Program-made: the position numbers and the translations under genes
Shown: positions 42,456 through 55,050 of the stretch, one piece after another
Numbering within the stretch: position 1 is the stretch's first letter
How the letters are laid out: every line of letters starts with the position of its first letter
Source: the human T2T-CHM13v2.0 reference genome, Homo sapiens
Assembly (NCBI RefSeq): GCF_009914755.1
Contig: NC_060933.1
DNA: 64,000 nt
Strand: one strand, 5' to 3'
The notes under the pieces: generated by a model
Seen by the model: only the letters and a program-made list of their open reading frames with translations
What the model was told of the DNA's origin: nothing
Database searches by the model: none

Positions 42456-43167
42456 AAAATTCTATTGAACATTATTTAATAAAACAACATGCAAAAACAT
42501 CTAGCAAAATGTCTTCTCCAGGATGTCTGGGCCTTATATTTGTTCCTTTTTCCCTCAGCCACACTAACCTGATGTCTACTTTTCTTCTGTCAACCTAAGG
42601 ATACCAATTTATCAACAATATATCTGTGTTCAGAACTCTCTTGTGCATGCAGCAAAAGAAAGGCTTTGAAAAGGGAATTCCAGTCTTCTCCAGGAATTTG
42701 TATCTTTTTAGATCACGAAGATCTTCATCCTCAGAATTTATCCCAGGTACTTAGATTACGTTAGAAAAATATAAGCCAAATCACACAAGAAGCCAATTAT
42801 TTGTTGTTGACCAAAATACTCCAACATTTTTATGGCTACAATCCATATGTTTTCCTCCAAACTTTCAAATTTTCAAAGTATTTGTTTGAGCTAAAAAGGA
42901 TCATCTTCTGGATCAGGTTGTTTCCGTAGTGGCTGTCTGAAGCAGTTGCATCAGACAAGAGCTTCAAAATGTCATCTTAGCTTCAGGATCCAGAGTTTAG
43001 TAACAATCAATAGACTCAGGTACAAAAGATTTTACAAACTTACTCCACAGTCTAGTCTCCATTTTTAAGATGAGTTTATTATTCATAAGTAAATAGTCAT
43101 GCAATCACCAGAAAAATTTGGATTCATTTATATCACTGAGTAAAAAAATATAAGAACATAAAAAGAA

Positions 43168-43232
43168 TAAGGCTAAATCACAATAGCAGAGTAAGGCTAA
43201 ATCACAACAGCAGCATAAGGCTTAGTCACAAT
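43168..43232. repeat. 24-bp tandem repeat x2.7
   Basis: TAAGGCT at 43168, 43192 and 43216. Confidence 0.9.
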
Positions 43233-43331
43233 TTGGAACTTCACTACAACACAGACTTTTCACTTTCTGTAATATGACCCTGTTAGAAATAAGAATAACA
43301 TTAAGGCAAATTTCTTCTAACAGTAAATTCC

Positions 43332-43380
43332 TATATATATATATATGATATATATATTTTATTTTATATATATATATATT
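43332..43380. repeat. Interrupted (TA)n
   Basis: Read directly. Confidence 0.9.
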
Positions 43381-43524
43381 TAAAGGCAAGAGCAAAATTA
43401 GAGCAGGACAAAAAGCTTGGTATCATAGAAATATAAAGAAATATATGAGCAGCTTAAAAATAATAACCAAAGAGGCATATAATACTGGATACGTACAATG
43501 AGAAATGTCCCATGATGCTTTAAA

Positions 43525-44200
43525 ACTATACCATAGAAAAACAGTGTGAAGATTTCTCAAAAAAAAAAAAACTAAACTAAAAATAGAATTACCATATGAT
43601 CCTGCATTCTCGCTACAATGTATTTATCCAAAGGAAAAGAAATCATGAAGAAATACTTGCAGCACCATTCACAATAGCTAAGATATGGAATCAACCTAAA
43701 TGTCCATCAACAGAGTGATGGATAAAGAAAATATGTTATATACACAAGGGAATACTATTCAGCCATATAAAAGAATGACACCTTGTCATCCATGGCAACA
43801 TGGATGAGCCTGGCGAACATCATGTTAAGTGAAATAAGTCAGGCACAGAAAGATAAATACCACATGTCCTCACATATTTGGAAGCTAAAAAACATTGAGT
43901 TCGTAGTAGTTAGGGAGTAGAATTTTGATTATCAGAGGCTGAGAGGGGTAGAGGGGTAGATAGGAAAGAAGAGGTTGGTTAACAGATACACAATTATAGC
44001 TAAATAGAAAGAGTAGGTTCTATTGTTTTATAACACTGTAGGGTAAATAAGGTTAACAATAATTTATTATATATTTTCAATTGAGGTGATGGATATGCTA
44101 ACTACCCTGCTTTGATTATTCTATATCATATATATGGACTGAAATACTACCCTGTATCTTATAAATATGTACAATTACTAGGTGTCAACTAAAAATAAAA
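43525..44200 (+). mobile_element. L1MA3-5-like 3' end
   Basis: ACCATATGATCCTGCATTCTC...TTGAGGTGATGGATATGCTAACTACCCTG...GTGTCAACTAAAAATAAAA. Confidence 0.85.
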
Positions 44201-44229
44201 GTGGGGAAAGTAAACCATATTATCATAAA

Positions 44230-44435
44230 CTAGTAATATTATTAATACAGTACTTACATGACAGGTACAGTTTTGAGTGCTTTATATCAATATATTCATT
44301 AAATCCTCACAGTAACTCTATGAGACTGATACTATAATTAATCCCCATTTTACAGATGAGAAAACTGAGATGCAGAGAATTTAAGCAACTTTCCCAAGGT
44401 CAAACAGCTAACTTGTGGCAGAACTGGTATTTTAA
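44230..44435 (-). mobile_element. MIR SINE
   Basis: ATCCCCATTTTACAGATGAGAAAACTGAGATGCAGAGAATTTAAGCAACTTTCCCAAGGTCA. Confidence 0.9.
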
Positions 44436-44829
44436 CATATAGAACAAGTGTGAACTATAAGTTCAGAGAAAGGAGAAATCTCCATTGGTTTGAATGGCTT
44501 AGGAAGACATCATTGACAGAGAGCACATGAGCTAGTCCTCAAAAGAAGGGTAGAATCCAGCAAGAAGGGAATAGAAAATGCATGGGAAAGGGAAAGTGAT
44601 TTGACCGTGTTTCCTGGAGCACATCACACCATCACAAGACCATAAGCAATGAGTTGGCGGGGACCAACCATTCCTTACAAATGTATGTATCCTGGTACAT
44701 GGTAGGTGCTTACTAAATATTTTAGAATGAATAAATGAATGCTATTAAATACGGAAAAGTAATTTGCATTACAGCATAGAAGTAAATTAGGGTCAGATTT
44801 TGGAATCTTTTTGGAGGAAGTCTACTCTA

Positions 44830-45070
44830 GCAATGAAATTCATAGTCTTTGGAATCAGGTAGATCAAGTTCAAATCCCAGCTCTACCACTTATGGGCTGT
44901 GTGATCTTGACACTATTACTCAAACTTTCTGAGCTTCTTTTTCTTTATCCATAAAAGAAGGACAAAGATATCTACCTCACAGATTTATTATGAGGATTAA
45001 ATAGGATAACATAGATATATATAGCTCCTAGTATCTGGTAAAATACTGAATAAATGGTAACTACTTTTTA
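44830..45070 (+). mobile_element. MIR SINE
   Basis: GTTCAAATCCCAGCTCTACCACTTA...TGTGTGATCTTG...TGAGGATTAAAT. Confidence 0.85.
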
Positions 45071-45109
45071 TTGGCAGACTAAGTAGTTTATATATCCACT
45101 ATTGGTAGA

Positions 45110-45300
45110 ATGACCTATTGATCCTGTAAATGATTAAGGAGGCACTCAAGGAAAATTAATCTAAGAAGGAGGAATGAAACGAAGGGAGGAGACACAAGGG
45201 AGGAGAGGCAGCTTAACAAGCTATTACAGTTGCCCTGACATGAGCTAAGTGTCTGAATCTGGTCACTGGCAGCAGAAATAGGAAGAAAAACTGGAACAAG
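45110..45300 (-). mobile_element. L2 internal fragment
   Basis: GGAGAGGCAGCTTAACAAGCTATTACAGTTGCCCTGACATGAG. Confidence 0.5.
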
Positions 45301-46907
45301 ATTCATGGTTAAAACAATCTTAAATGATTTTCCCTCTTTCGTATTGGGCTTTTATTCCAGTCTATAAGAACTTGCATGAGAAATATATGTTAAAGCCTCA
45401 TTCTAACCATTCATATAAACTGTTAAATTGCTAGCAATCAAAAAAGATAGGTAAAAAATCCACAACTAAGAAGACACCTTACACAAATATTAATATGCAA
45501 TGTGCCAACGCATCTCTTTCATTTGCAGGCTCATCTATTTCAAGCAAATTACACTATTTACAAACAAATCTCTACCTTGACAGTAAACACAATTGTGGCA
45601 ATTTGTATGTTTTAACTTGAACTTATTGTACCAATTGCCTTCTAGTTGTATATTATTTTAGAAGGTTTTATGAACTTTTGAGAAAAATTACTAGTTTGAG
45701 AGCAGAAAAAAAAATCTTTGAAGCCTGAAGCTGTGAGTTAAATCTGTGCAAGAGGAGTACATTATAATTATAATGCAGTTAGTTTTGGGTTACCTACAGT
45801 AGCAGTGTTGGCATGATGAGCTCTGTCAAATGTTAAAAAACAATTTTGTAAATTATTCATTTAATTGTTTTCATCTTGGCTATAGAGACATTCTTTAATT
45901 AGGCATGAGTCAACTATTCACAGGCTAACTTGAGTAGTTTATCCAAGAGGCATAGCAAAACCCTGAAAGATGCTTTTTATAAAACTTACAGCCTTGCAAG
46001 AGTGCTTGGGTGTTGAATTCCTCAGCACAAGCACTGTTTCCATGTGTGGCAAGCCACTCTTGTCAAAGTCAAACAGAATAAAATATGGTAGGATGCCATT
46101 TTCTAACTAAGAATCCATAAAAATATAAGCCACTTATTGTAAATCTTCCTATCAAATGCCACAAGTATATTAATATAGCTGACCTATTCAGAGAGAACTG
46201 GTTTTTTCAGAACCATCCAGAGACCTCAACTAAGAATTAGAACAGAAGTATCTACCCACCAATGAACCTGCCTCCACATTGTGTAATTCCACTGTTTGTA
46301 ATTGCCCTTTGCACAGGTGAGCAAGCTGCCATATTATGCAGTCCCATTTGGCCCTCCTTGCTCTTTCCTGTTTCTAAACAGCAGGCCCTTTTCCTCAACC
46401 TATTCTTTTGTATTCCCTCGCCTTCCTGCCTTCCGAACTGGAAAAACTCACTAGTCTTATTTTAGCAAGTGAAGGTTAAAGCTTTATAAAGAAGGTAATG
46501 GGGTCATTTCATCATTTTCTTTCCTGTATAAACATGATTTTACTTCCCTTTCAGGAACCCTTCTCCCATAACTGCCTCACACCCTAGGCATTGGCCAGTA
46601 AGACTGATGTCCAATTTCCTCAAGAAATTTTTCAATCATCTTCTTTTTGGTTCCATCTCTATCATTGTATTAAGATTCATTGAAGAAAAAATAAGAAAAA
46701 TGAGTATCTGCTAGGAACAAGGAAAAATTTGCCAATCTAATAAATAAAGACCTAACTAGATTGACCTCTGACAGGCTCGGTCACAAATGAAGTGTCCAGG
46801 CCACGACATCTGAGTTGCCTGGCTGGACAAGATGACAGGGGCTTCCTTTCAGGAACCTTTTCCAGCACAAGATTCACCCATTTGAGGAGTTACTGAGCCC
46901 ATGGTGG

Positions 46908-46911
<4 letters not shown>

Positions 46912-46948
<37 letters not shown>
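46912..46948. repeat. (TG)n microsatellite
   Basis: About 18 units, read directly. Confidence 0.95.
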
Positions 46949-46949
<1 letters not shown>

Positions 46950-47091
46950 AGGGGTGGTGGAATTTGGAAGTGTATGGGAGCAGTGGAGATAGTCACAGTG
47001 ACCCTGAGGCCAGTGGCAAGGACAGTAAACATCACAACTGCTTCAATGCAAATGCTTCAAATCGTCTTCAAACATTTTTGCTAAATCTCAT

Positions 47092-47620
47092 TACTGAGTA
47101 TATGTTCAAAAGAAAATAATTTTTCCAAAAAGACACATGCATTTGCATGTTTATTACAGCACTGCTCACTATAGCAAAGACATGGACTCAACCAAAGTAC
47201 CCATCAGTGGTGAACTGGATAAAGAAAATGTGGCACATATGCACCATGGAATACTATACATCCATAAAAAAAGAACAAAATCATGACCTTTGCAGCAACA
47301 CAGATGGAGCTGGAGGCCAATATCCTAACCAAATTAACGCATATCCTAACCAAATTAACACGGGAACAGAAAACCAAACACTGCAAGTTCTCACTTAAAA
47401 ATGGGAACTAACATTGGGCTTCATGGATATAAAGATGGGAACTAATAGAAAGGTGAGGAAGAAAAGGGGGCAATGGTTGAAAAACTAACTTTGGGTACTA
47501 TGCTTACTATCTGGGTGATGGGATATTCATATCCCAAACCTCAGCATCACACAATATATCCAGCTAACAAAACTGAACATGTGCCCCCTCTATCTAAAAT
47601 AAAATTTAAAATTATAAAAA
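47092..47620 (+). mobile_element. L1PA16/17-like 3' end with internal 21-bp tandem duplication (47320-47361)
   Basis: ORF2 end (MFITALLTIAKTW...) and 3'UTR GGTTGAAAAACTAACTTTGGGTACTATGC...CCAAACCTCAGCATCAC. Confidence 0.85.
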
Positions 47621-47696
47621 ATATTGCTAAAATAATTGGAAAAAGTTATGTACCACTTATGTATGTTTATGTCAACATTTTTCAATAGTAATATGT

Positions 47697-47950
47697 TTAA
47701 AAGTTGCTACAGTTATAATTTAAAATGCACATGAGCTTAAAAACTTTTTTTTTCAAAATCCTAGAGCTGAAGATTTCACTCATTTGATTTAAGGAAAGTG
47801 TAATATCTGTCACATAACCCAATTTGTAACACTGGTCCTCTTTGCCAAGCTCATCAGACAAATCAGATTTATTTTCCATCCCAAAAAGTCTGCTTTCATT
47901 TTTCGTTTTAAATAAATGTATTAACACACATCCCTGTGACAATCATCTCA
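47697..47950 (-). pseudogene. hAT (Charlie/Buster-type) transposase remnant
   Basis: KNESRLF.MENKSDLSDEL..EDQ.YKLGYVTDI resembles the hAT segment EI..FL.EK.SDLA..F.DE.W..KLAYLADIF. Confidence 0.55.
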
Positions 47951-48224
47951 CCTCAGAATTTCAATTCTAAGATAGAAAGGGAGAGGGAGAAGCCACAGGA
48001 GCTTACCAGTTTATCGCATGGTTGACGTGAGGTGCAATCCCTTCACTATTTCTTACTGAAATCTTTTTTGCTTTGCTCTTACTAGCTATTCCTTAAGGAG
48101 GCTTGCATGCTCCATTGTCTCTTTGTTTGGCATCTGGAAGTTTACCCAGCCTAGACTCATTCACTATAGTAAGATTTAGGTAGGAGAAGATGTTTGCCTT
48201 CCTCTTGTAAAATAGGAAAGGGTA

Positions 48225-48354
48225 AGGTGACTGTGCAATGCAGTTTTGTCCAAAGTAGTCTCGGTTCACACCTGATGCCTTGGCATAATTATTAACAGTG
48301 CCCTCATTCACTCTCAAAAGCACTGCAGTTGGAAATAAATAATAGGGTAACCCT
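48225..48354 (-). mobile_element. MER81 (hAT-Blackjack)
   Basis: GGCATAATTATTAACAGTGCCCTCATTCACTCTCAAAAG matches the MER81 reverse complement; GGTAACCCT end. Confidence 0.75.
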
Positions 48355-48779
<425 letters not shown>

Positions 48780-48780
<1 letters not shown>

Positions 48781-48893
48781 ATATATATACACACACATAC
48801 ACATATATTATATATATATGTATATACATTATATATGTTTATATATATTTTTACACATATACATGCTTGTGTGTGTGTATATATATGCATATA
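48780..48893. repeat. Complex (TA)/(CA)/(TG) microsatellite
   Basis: Read directly. Confidence 0.9.
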
Positions 48894-49789
48894 ATAACAG
48901 GGTAACCCCAGGGAAAGGCAATCATAGAGGTGGGAACACATAAATTTTAGGAAAAAGCATGTATGAATTAAGAATGTGATGTCTTCATGTACCCCAGTGT
49001 TTGTATGAACACAAATGTGAAGACAACTGTCTTGGAACATTATTTCACCTGACCAGAACTTTGCTCTGAAATTTTTCTATACAGGGCCTAAAATTATAGA
49101 CAAGGCACAAATATAAACTAAATCAACACTAAAGCCAATTATTTTTTTAGAATCACTAAGAAGTCACCTGAAAAACTTAGTTCTCATCCCCGAGATGAAA
49201 TCATACCCAAAGTCTTTTGCCAAAATCCAAGGATGATGGGATCTTTCAAGACCCTAATAACACTCATCCAGCAGCGCTAGCTGATTACTAAATAGGCATT
49301 CCCTACACATTTGTTTTTCTACTATTTCTAGGCAGAGTCCACTGCTAAAACCCACATGGATCCACCTCCCTAAAGATCAAGGCTAATAACGAGCACACTA
49401 TGCAGGATAAGACCCCTCCCCCTGTGCGGAGAGGACATTGAGCATCCCCAGCATTCCCAAGTACTGGTGCCAAAACAGAGGCCAGCAGAAAAGAAAGGCT
49501 GGGAAGTCTAAGCCAAAGCTGGCATCTCTTGGTCTGGAGTGTCTTCATTTTTGCCACAAAGCAAAATGGTCCCCCAGATGAGATAATGACAATAAAAGGC
49601 AACTTCAGACACAGATCAGTTTTACATTACCCCATAAGTCAGCACAGCTTGTACACACATTGCCACGGGCCACACGCTCAGGCTCAGCCCAGAACACCTA
49701 TCCTGCCCATGATCACAGAGTGACCAACAGATCAGGACACATATGCTCTCTCCCCAACCCCCACACACACATATACTGTATAGAGAGGG

Positions 49790-50010
49790 GCTATAGTGTT
49801 GAGGAAAAACAAAACATTATTAAGCTGGAATCCCAGGAAACTAGAAATGCATTCTGGCCATCCCAGTTGCTGACTGTGTGTCTTTGGGAGACCGAACCTC
49901 ACTGACTGCCAGTTTTCATCATCAGTAACATGAACACATTCGTGCCCACTTCATGGGGTACTGGGTGGCTTCCACAAAATGGTGTGTAGGCAAGTATTCT
50001 GCAGCCTGAG
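49790..50010 (+). mobile_element. Degenerate MIR
   Basis: GCTGACTGTGTGTCTTTGGG...CAGTTTTCATCATCAGTAACATG. Confidence 0.6.
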
Positions 50011-50399
50011 CGGGAGACAGAACTCCAAAGAGTTTTCTTAATCATGCATGTAACTTCCTTTTGGCTTCATGGAAAAAAAGCATGCCCTCCTGCCTTAAAT
50101 AAGTGGATAGTCTCCGTTCAGTGACCTCTGTGTTAGATGGAATATGGCTCTGGGTTTTGGAACAGCTCTAACTCAAATAAGATAAACTCAAGAACACTGT
50201 CCAATGGAGTAATTTACAAAGCCACCCTGAGGACTTTCACTACATGTGCAGATGTAATGACCCTGTGAGAAGTTCCTGGGATAGCCCCAATCCACCAGCT
50301 TGGCTTTGGTTACAGGCTTTGGTAGTGGTGAAGCTGTGTGGGAGATGCTCTGCTAGAGCAATGTGTTATGGTCAAGAAATTTCACATCATAAGAAATAT

Positions 50400-50550
50400 G
50401 ATACCCCAGAGCAGGTTTTTAAAAATTCCCAGGCCCTACCTTAGAACTTTTTATCCAACGATCATGAAATAGGCACTAGTCATTTGTATTTTTTACAGAT
50501 GCCCCCTGATATTTCTAACACAAGGCTAATTGCAGATATACTGCTCTAGG
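50400..50550. mobile_element. MER5-like hAT element
   Basis: AAATTCCCAGGCCCTACC...CATTTGTATTTTTTACAGATGCCCCCTGATATTTCTAA. Confidence 0.55.
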
Positions 50551-52489
50551 GAATGGCAATTTAAAATAGTCACCCAGAAACAGGGACTTCAGGTGGAGCT
50601 GAAATTGGTTAACGTAAGACGACAGCACAGAAAGGAGAAAGTCAAGCCACAAACTAGTTCCCACTGAAAGGTCTAAGGTCATCTAACCTAGTAAACCAGG
50701 GATGAGATAGTGAAATATTGGGGATGGTTGTCCACTTACAGCTTCCTCTAACAGCAACTGCACATGTCACTCTGGCTTAGTATTGAATGATTTTTAAAAC
50801 TTCTTATATATGCTGACTATACCCATATTTCAAGAACTTTATGGCTTGGGAGAGTAGGTCACACATATGCAGGACCCCAGGTATAGTTGTCCAGGTAATG
50901 CACTGCACAATTCTAGGGACTGACATACACTTTCATAATGATAGTGCTCCCCAAGAGTTATATGATACAAAATCTGTACAAGCTTACACAAGAACCCTGC
51001 ATGGAGTGGGAGAGTAGCAGGAAAAACATGCAATTCTAGAAAGACAAAAGTGGCACTCTGAATTTGTACTTACTAACTTTTATGAAGAATATTTGACACA
51101 TCATTTTAAAATAGTCTTTCAAAGCTATGGAATATCAATAGAAGAAAGTAAAAGTTGGAAATGTCTCCAGCAATGTACCTGCTTTATTTGAATAATGAAC
51201 CAAATAAAATTTAGAATCTGAGTTACTTAGAGACTGCCCTAGTTACACAAAGGTGTCTAGATATCTATCAAATAGGAGAGTTATAGATAGAAGAATCTGT
51301 GGTCATATCTGGCATACAGTGGATTTATACTGATTTATTCATTCAGACGCTTATAGTCTCAATAAGTGATTTTTGAGCATATAATTTGTACTCCTGGCTT
51401 TCCTCCCCAATACATTTTGGCTCCTCATCCCAGGTATGAAACACACAGAGAATACCTGTAGCCTTGATTCAAACCTGTAGGCCTCTTTCCTTTCCTCTTC
51501 TATTTTCAGCTTTATGAGCAGCCTTCCTGTCCATCTGAGTTTCATGGGCAGGACCCTAAATAGGATGCTATGGAAAGAGACTTGAAGCGTAAGACAAATA
51601 AAGATAGCCTCTAAGTAAGAAATGTTAGCTACATTATAAACTACACATGTGCAGCCATGAGAAGCAGAAGTCTATGAAATTTTAGGAGGTCGATTGTTCA
51701 CACCTATTTGCAAGACTTCATTGTAATATTATAGCACCTTCTTCCATCTGCTCTTAGCTTCGTAGTGTGAAAGCTTACAGAACACAAGGCATGGTCCCTA
51801 ACTATAATCAAAGCTGTATCTGAGCTCTAAGAAAAAGGCCATAGTAACTGATTTTGCATTAAAAAGTAGTAATAAGTGAAAATTGTCTGCTGATAATTCT
51901 TAGCAGACTCTGACTTTGTGCATGCATTTATACAATTACACTGATTATCAATGAAAAATGTATTTTACATGAAAATACTATTATGCCTTGTAAAGGTTGG
52001 TTTAAAATGGTGATTCTCCTTGGGATTAAACAAATATTTCAAAACTTTGTATTTCAAAATGTCTTTAACTCAACATAGCTTATTAATTGAACTACTAAAG
52101 CTTGATTCCATGAGATTTCTTCAATATTTACATTAGGAAATTGACTGCATTTTGAAATCAGAAAAAAACAGTCTGTCATTAACACTTGGAACACAACTAG
52201 CATACAGAGAGCAGTGTAAAGACAGGCATATATGTAAGATGGAGGCTGGGGACAACGAAAGGAAGACCGGGAATGACCAAGAAATAGAAGACAGAATTCC
52301 CGACAAAAAAAAAGACGTGAAATCTAGCTGTGGACTCAGAACACAAAGTCATGAAGCAAACACATTCATAATACAACCATACTACAGTGCTCATTATTCA
52401 TGTTATATACAAGGGAGGTGTGGGTCACAGGCATGAACGGTAACAACATGCAGCATCAGGTAGTGTTTGCATATGGTGACTGACATCAT

Positions 52490-52610
52490 CTTAACCCGTA
52501 GTATAGAGATGAGGAAACCAAAGCTTAGAAAGTCAAGTATTGATATGTCAACTGTTGAGTTTGAATCTTAACCAAGTCTGCCTGACTTCATAGCCTGTGC
52601 CCAGTCCACT
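52490..52610 (-). mobile_element. MIR fragment
   Basis: AGATGAGGAAACCAAAGCTTAGAAAG...AAGTCTGCCTGACTTCATAGCCTGTGC. Confidence 0.7.
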
Positions 52611-52904
52611 AGACAGTACTACCTACCCAGAGGCAAGCAAATTTTAACCATGTACCAAAAGAATTAAGAAACATCATGAGCCAACAGGAGGCAGAAGAAT
52701 GAACATAACATGGAAGGACTGACTTACGTGTTACAGTAGCTGAATGTGTGCATCTTTGGGGGTAAGAAGGCAGTAGCAGCTCACTGACTGGACTTATTGC
52801 TACAAACACCCAGAACACACCATGTGAGTAATAGTAACCACAGACCTGCCTATCACATACAAGTCTGGGTTGAACCTCCCATAAAGTCTATCCATGGCCT
52901 TACT

Positions 52905-53092
52905 CAGCATAATACCCACATCCTTGGCTATACACTTGGAATCACTTGGAAAGCTTTTAAAAACTATAAATGCCTGAGCAAAACATCTAAGAATTCTTAA
53001 TAAATCCATCTGGGGTGGGTCCCAGGTACCGATAGGATTTTTAAAAATTGCTCAAATGATTCTAATATATACCTAGGGCTGAGACACACTGC
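52905..53092. mobile_element. MER5A-like hAT element
   Basis: GGAATCACTTGGAAAGCTTTTAAAA...TCTGGGGTGGGTCCCAGG...TGATTCTAAT...GGGCTGAGA. Confidence 0.75.
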
Positions 53093-54745
53093 ACCCTAAC
53101 ATATTGTTTTTCAAACCATGGTTCAAAACACTGGTGGTATTCACAAGAACAGATGAAATAGCTTTCAACCTAAACAATATTTTTCTAACTTTCAAAGAAA
53201 AACAATGGGTTAATGATCAAAATATTTACTAAGTCAATCTCCTAACAATTTTTTTCAACCTTCCGTTGCTGTTATCACTTGATTATAAGATAATCTAGTG
53301 TGAGATAATGTGTGATTGCATTCCAAATATATATTTCATAATTTCAAACTTGTTTTATCATTACTTGCTGTGCCACAAAGAACTCCCTAATGTTCAGGTT
53401 CTCAGCTATCTAAACAAATTTGGAAATCATGGTTGCAGTGTCTCCAGGCAGCACACGGTAGGGTGTACTTTTTCTGTGAAGAGGTGAAATTGTGGGAATG
53501 GAGAGAGGGATTGGTTTTATGTGAAACACAAATAAGAAGGACCCAAAGTTAGACTGGCATACTTTATTAGTCTCAAGTGATCTCTAATAACATATCAAAA
53601 GTTCAGGATGGCAGTTGGTTGCTCATCCCTCAAAAGACATTTTTCTACAAGATGCTTCAATAGTTCAATTCAATCCATCAAATACTGTCAGCTCTTCCAT
53701 AAGGAATTCTCATAATGTGGCGAGTCAGAAAGACAATTGGATTGTGTTATTTTATGGCTCGATTGCTAAAATACTTGAAGATTTATGTGTAGAACCACCC
53801 TTAAAAGGATATATTTTGCCCTTGCTCTTACTATCTTAAAGTCAATCATAATTAATTCACTTTCGGTAAGCATAATGCCAAAGTAATTTATCTTAGATTC
53901 TGAAGGTACATCTAGCTGATTAGAAATTTTATTCTTAATGCTAAAAATAATTTACATGAGAAAAGCGTACTAAAAGCAGAAATAGCCATAAAAAGCCAAG
54001 CAAAGAAATAGAGAACAATCACAGAGCTACACATTTCTTGCAAATCACTAGACCTTTTTTGCCTTGAGAAGGTCAGCCTTCTCCTTGTGGTTCTGTGTGA
54101 TGCATATCCTTGATAAATATAGAAAGCATTGCTCCAATGACTGACAGACAGTGATCATCAGTCTTTCCTCTGAAGCTTGATAAGTGTCACATGCAATGCT
54201 TTGACTGCGTTCTACTCAATTAATTTTCAAGAGAGACATTTTATTTTTTCTTGATGTTCAGTGTTCTATATGTAAGAAAGATCCCATCAGTAATGCAAGA
54301 GATGATAACAATTAAATGGTTATATTCTAGTTCCTGCTTTCCAGAGGCTTCTAAGGTATTTTTAACCATATACCTTGTACAGTAATTTTTAAAGAAAAGT
54401 AAACTTGCGATATCTCCTGTCATTCCTCTACTATGTTTTTCAAATATTTAACATTTTTTTCTTTCTTACTCCAACTTCAGCTGAAATTAGACTTGCAATT
54501 TTAATATAACAACATTAGGTGGCAAGGCTGTCTCAGTCATACAATTCAAATTACATGGTAAGTGCCCTACCACAAATGCAAATGACTCTAGTCTGATCTA
54601 CCTCAGAAAAGTATAGATTTTTCTACTTGTTAAAATGTGAAATTTGAGAAACTAAAACAAAAGTATTTATTAAATGAGCATCATTTTTAAAGTTTTTGTT
54701 AGAAAGCAAACTTCTTTAACTTTAACTTTAAAGAAGTTAAATATA

Positions 54746-55050
54746 GGCTGGGCGCGGTGGCTTACGCCTATAATCCCAGCACTTTGGGAGGCCAAGGGAG
54801 GCAGATCACGAAGTCAGGAGTTCAAGACCAGTCTGACCAACACGGTGAAACCCCGTCTCTACTAAAAAAAATACAAAAATTAGCAGGGTATGGTGGCATG
54901 CGCCTGTAATCCCAGCTACTCAGGAGGCAGGAGAGTCACTTGAACCCGGGAGGCAGAGGTTGCAGTGAGCCAAGATCACCCCACTGAACTCCAGCCTGGC
55001 CGACAGAGTGAGACTCCGTCTGAAAAAAAAAAAAAAAAAAAAAAAAAAAA
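54746..55050 (+). mobile_element. Alu, AluSg-like, with 14-bp TSD and A28 tail
   Basis: GATCACGAAGTCAGGAGTTC; TSD AAGAAGTTAAATAT at 54731-54744 and 55053-55066. Confidence 0.95.
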
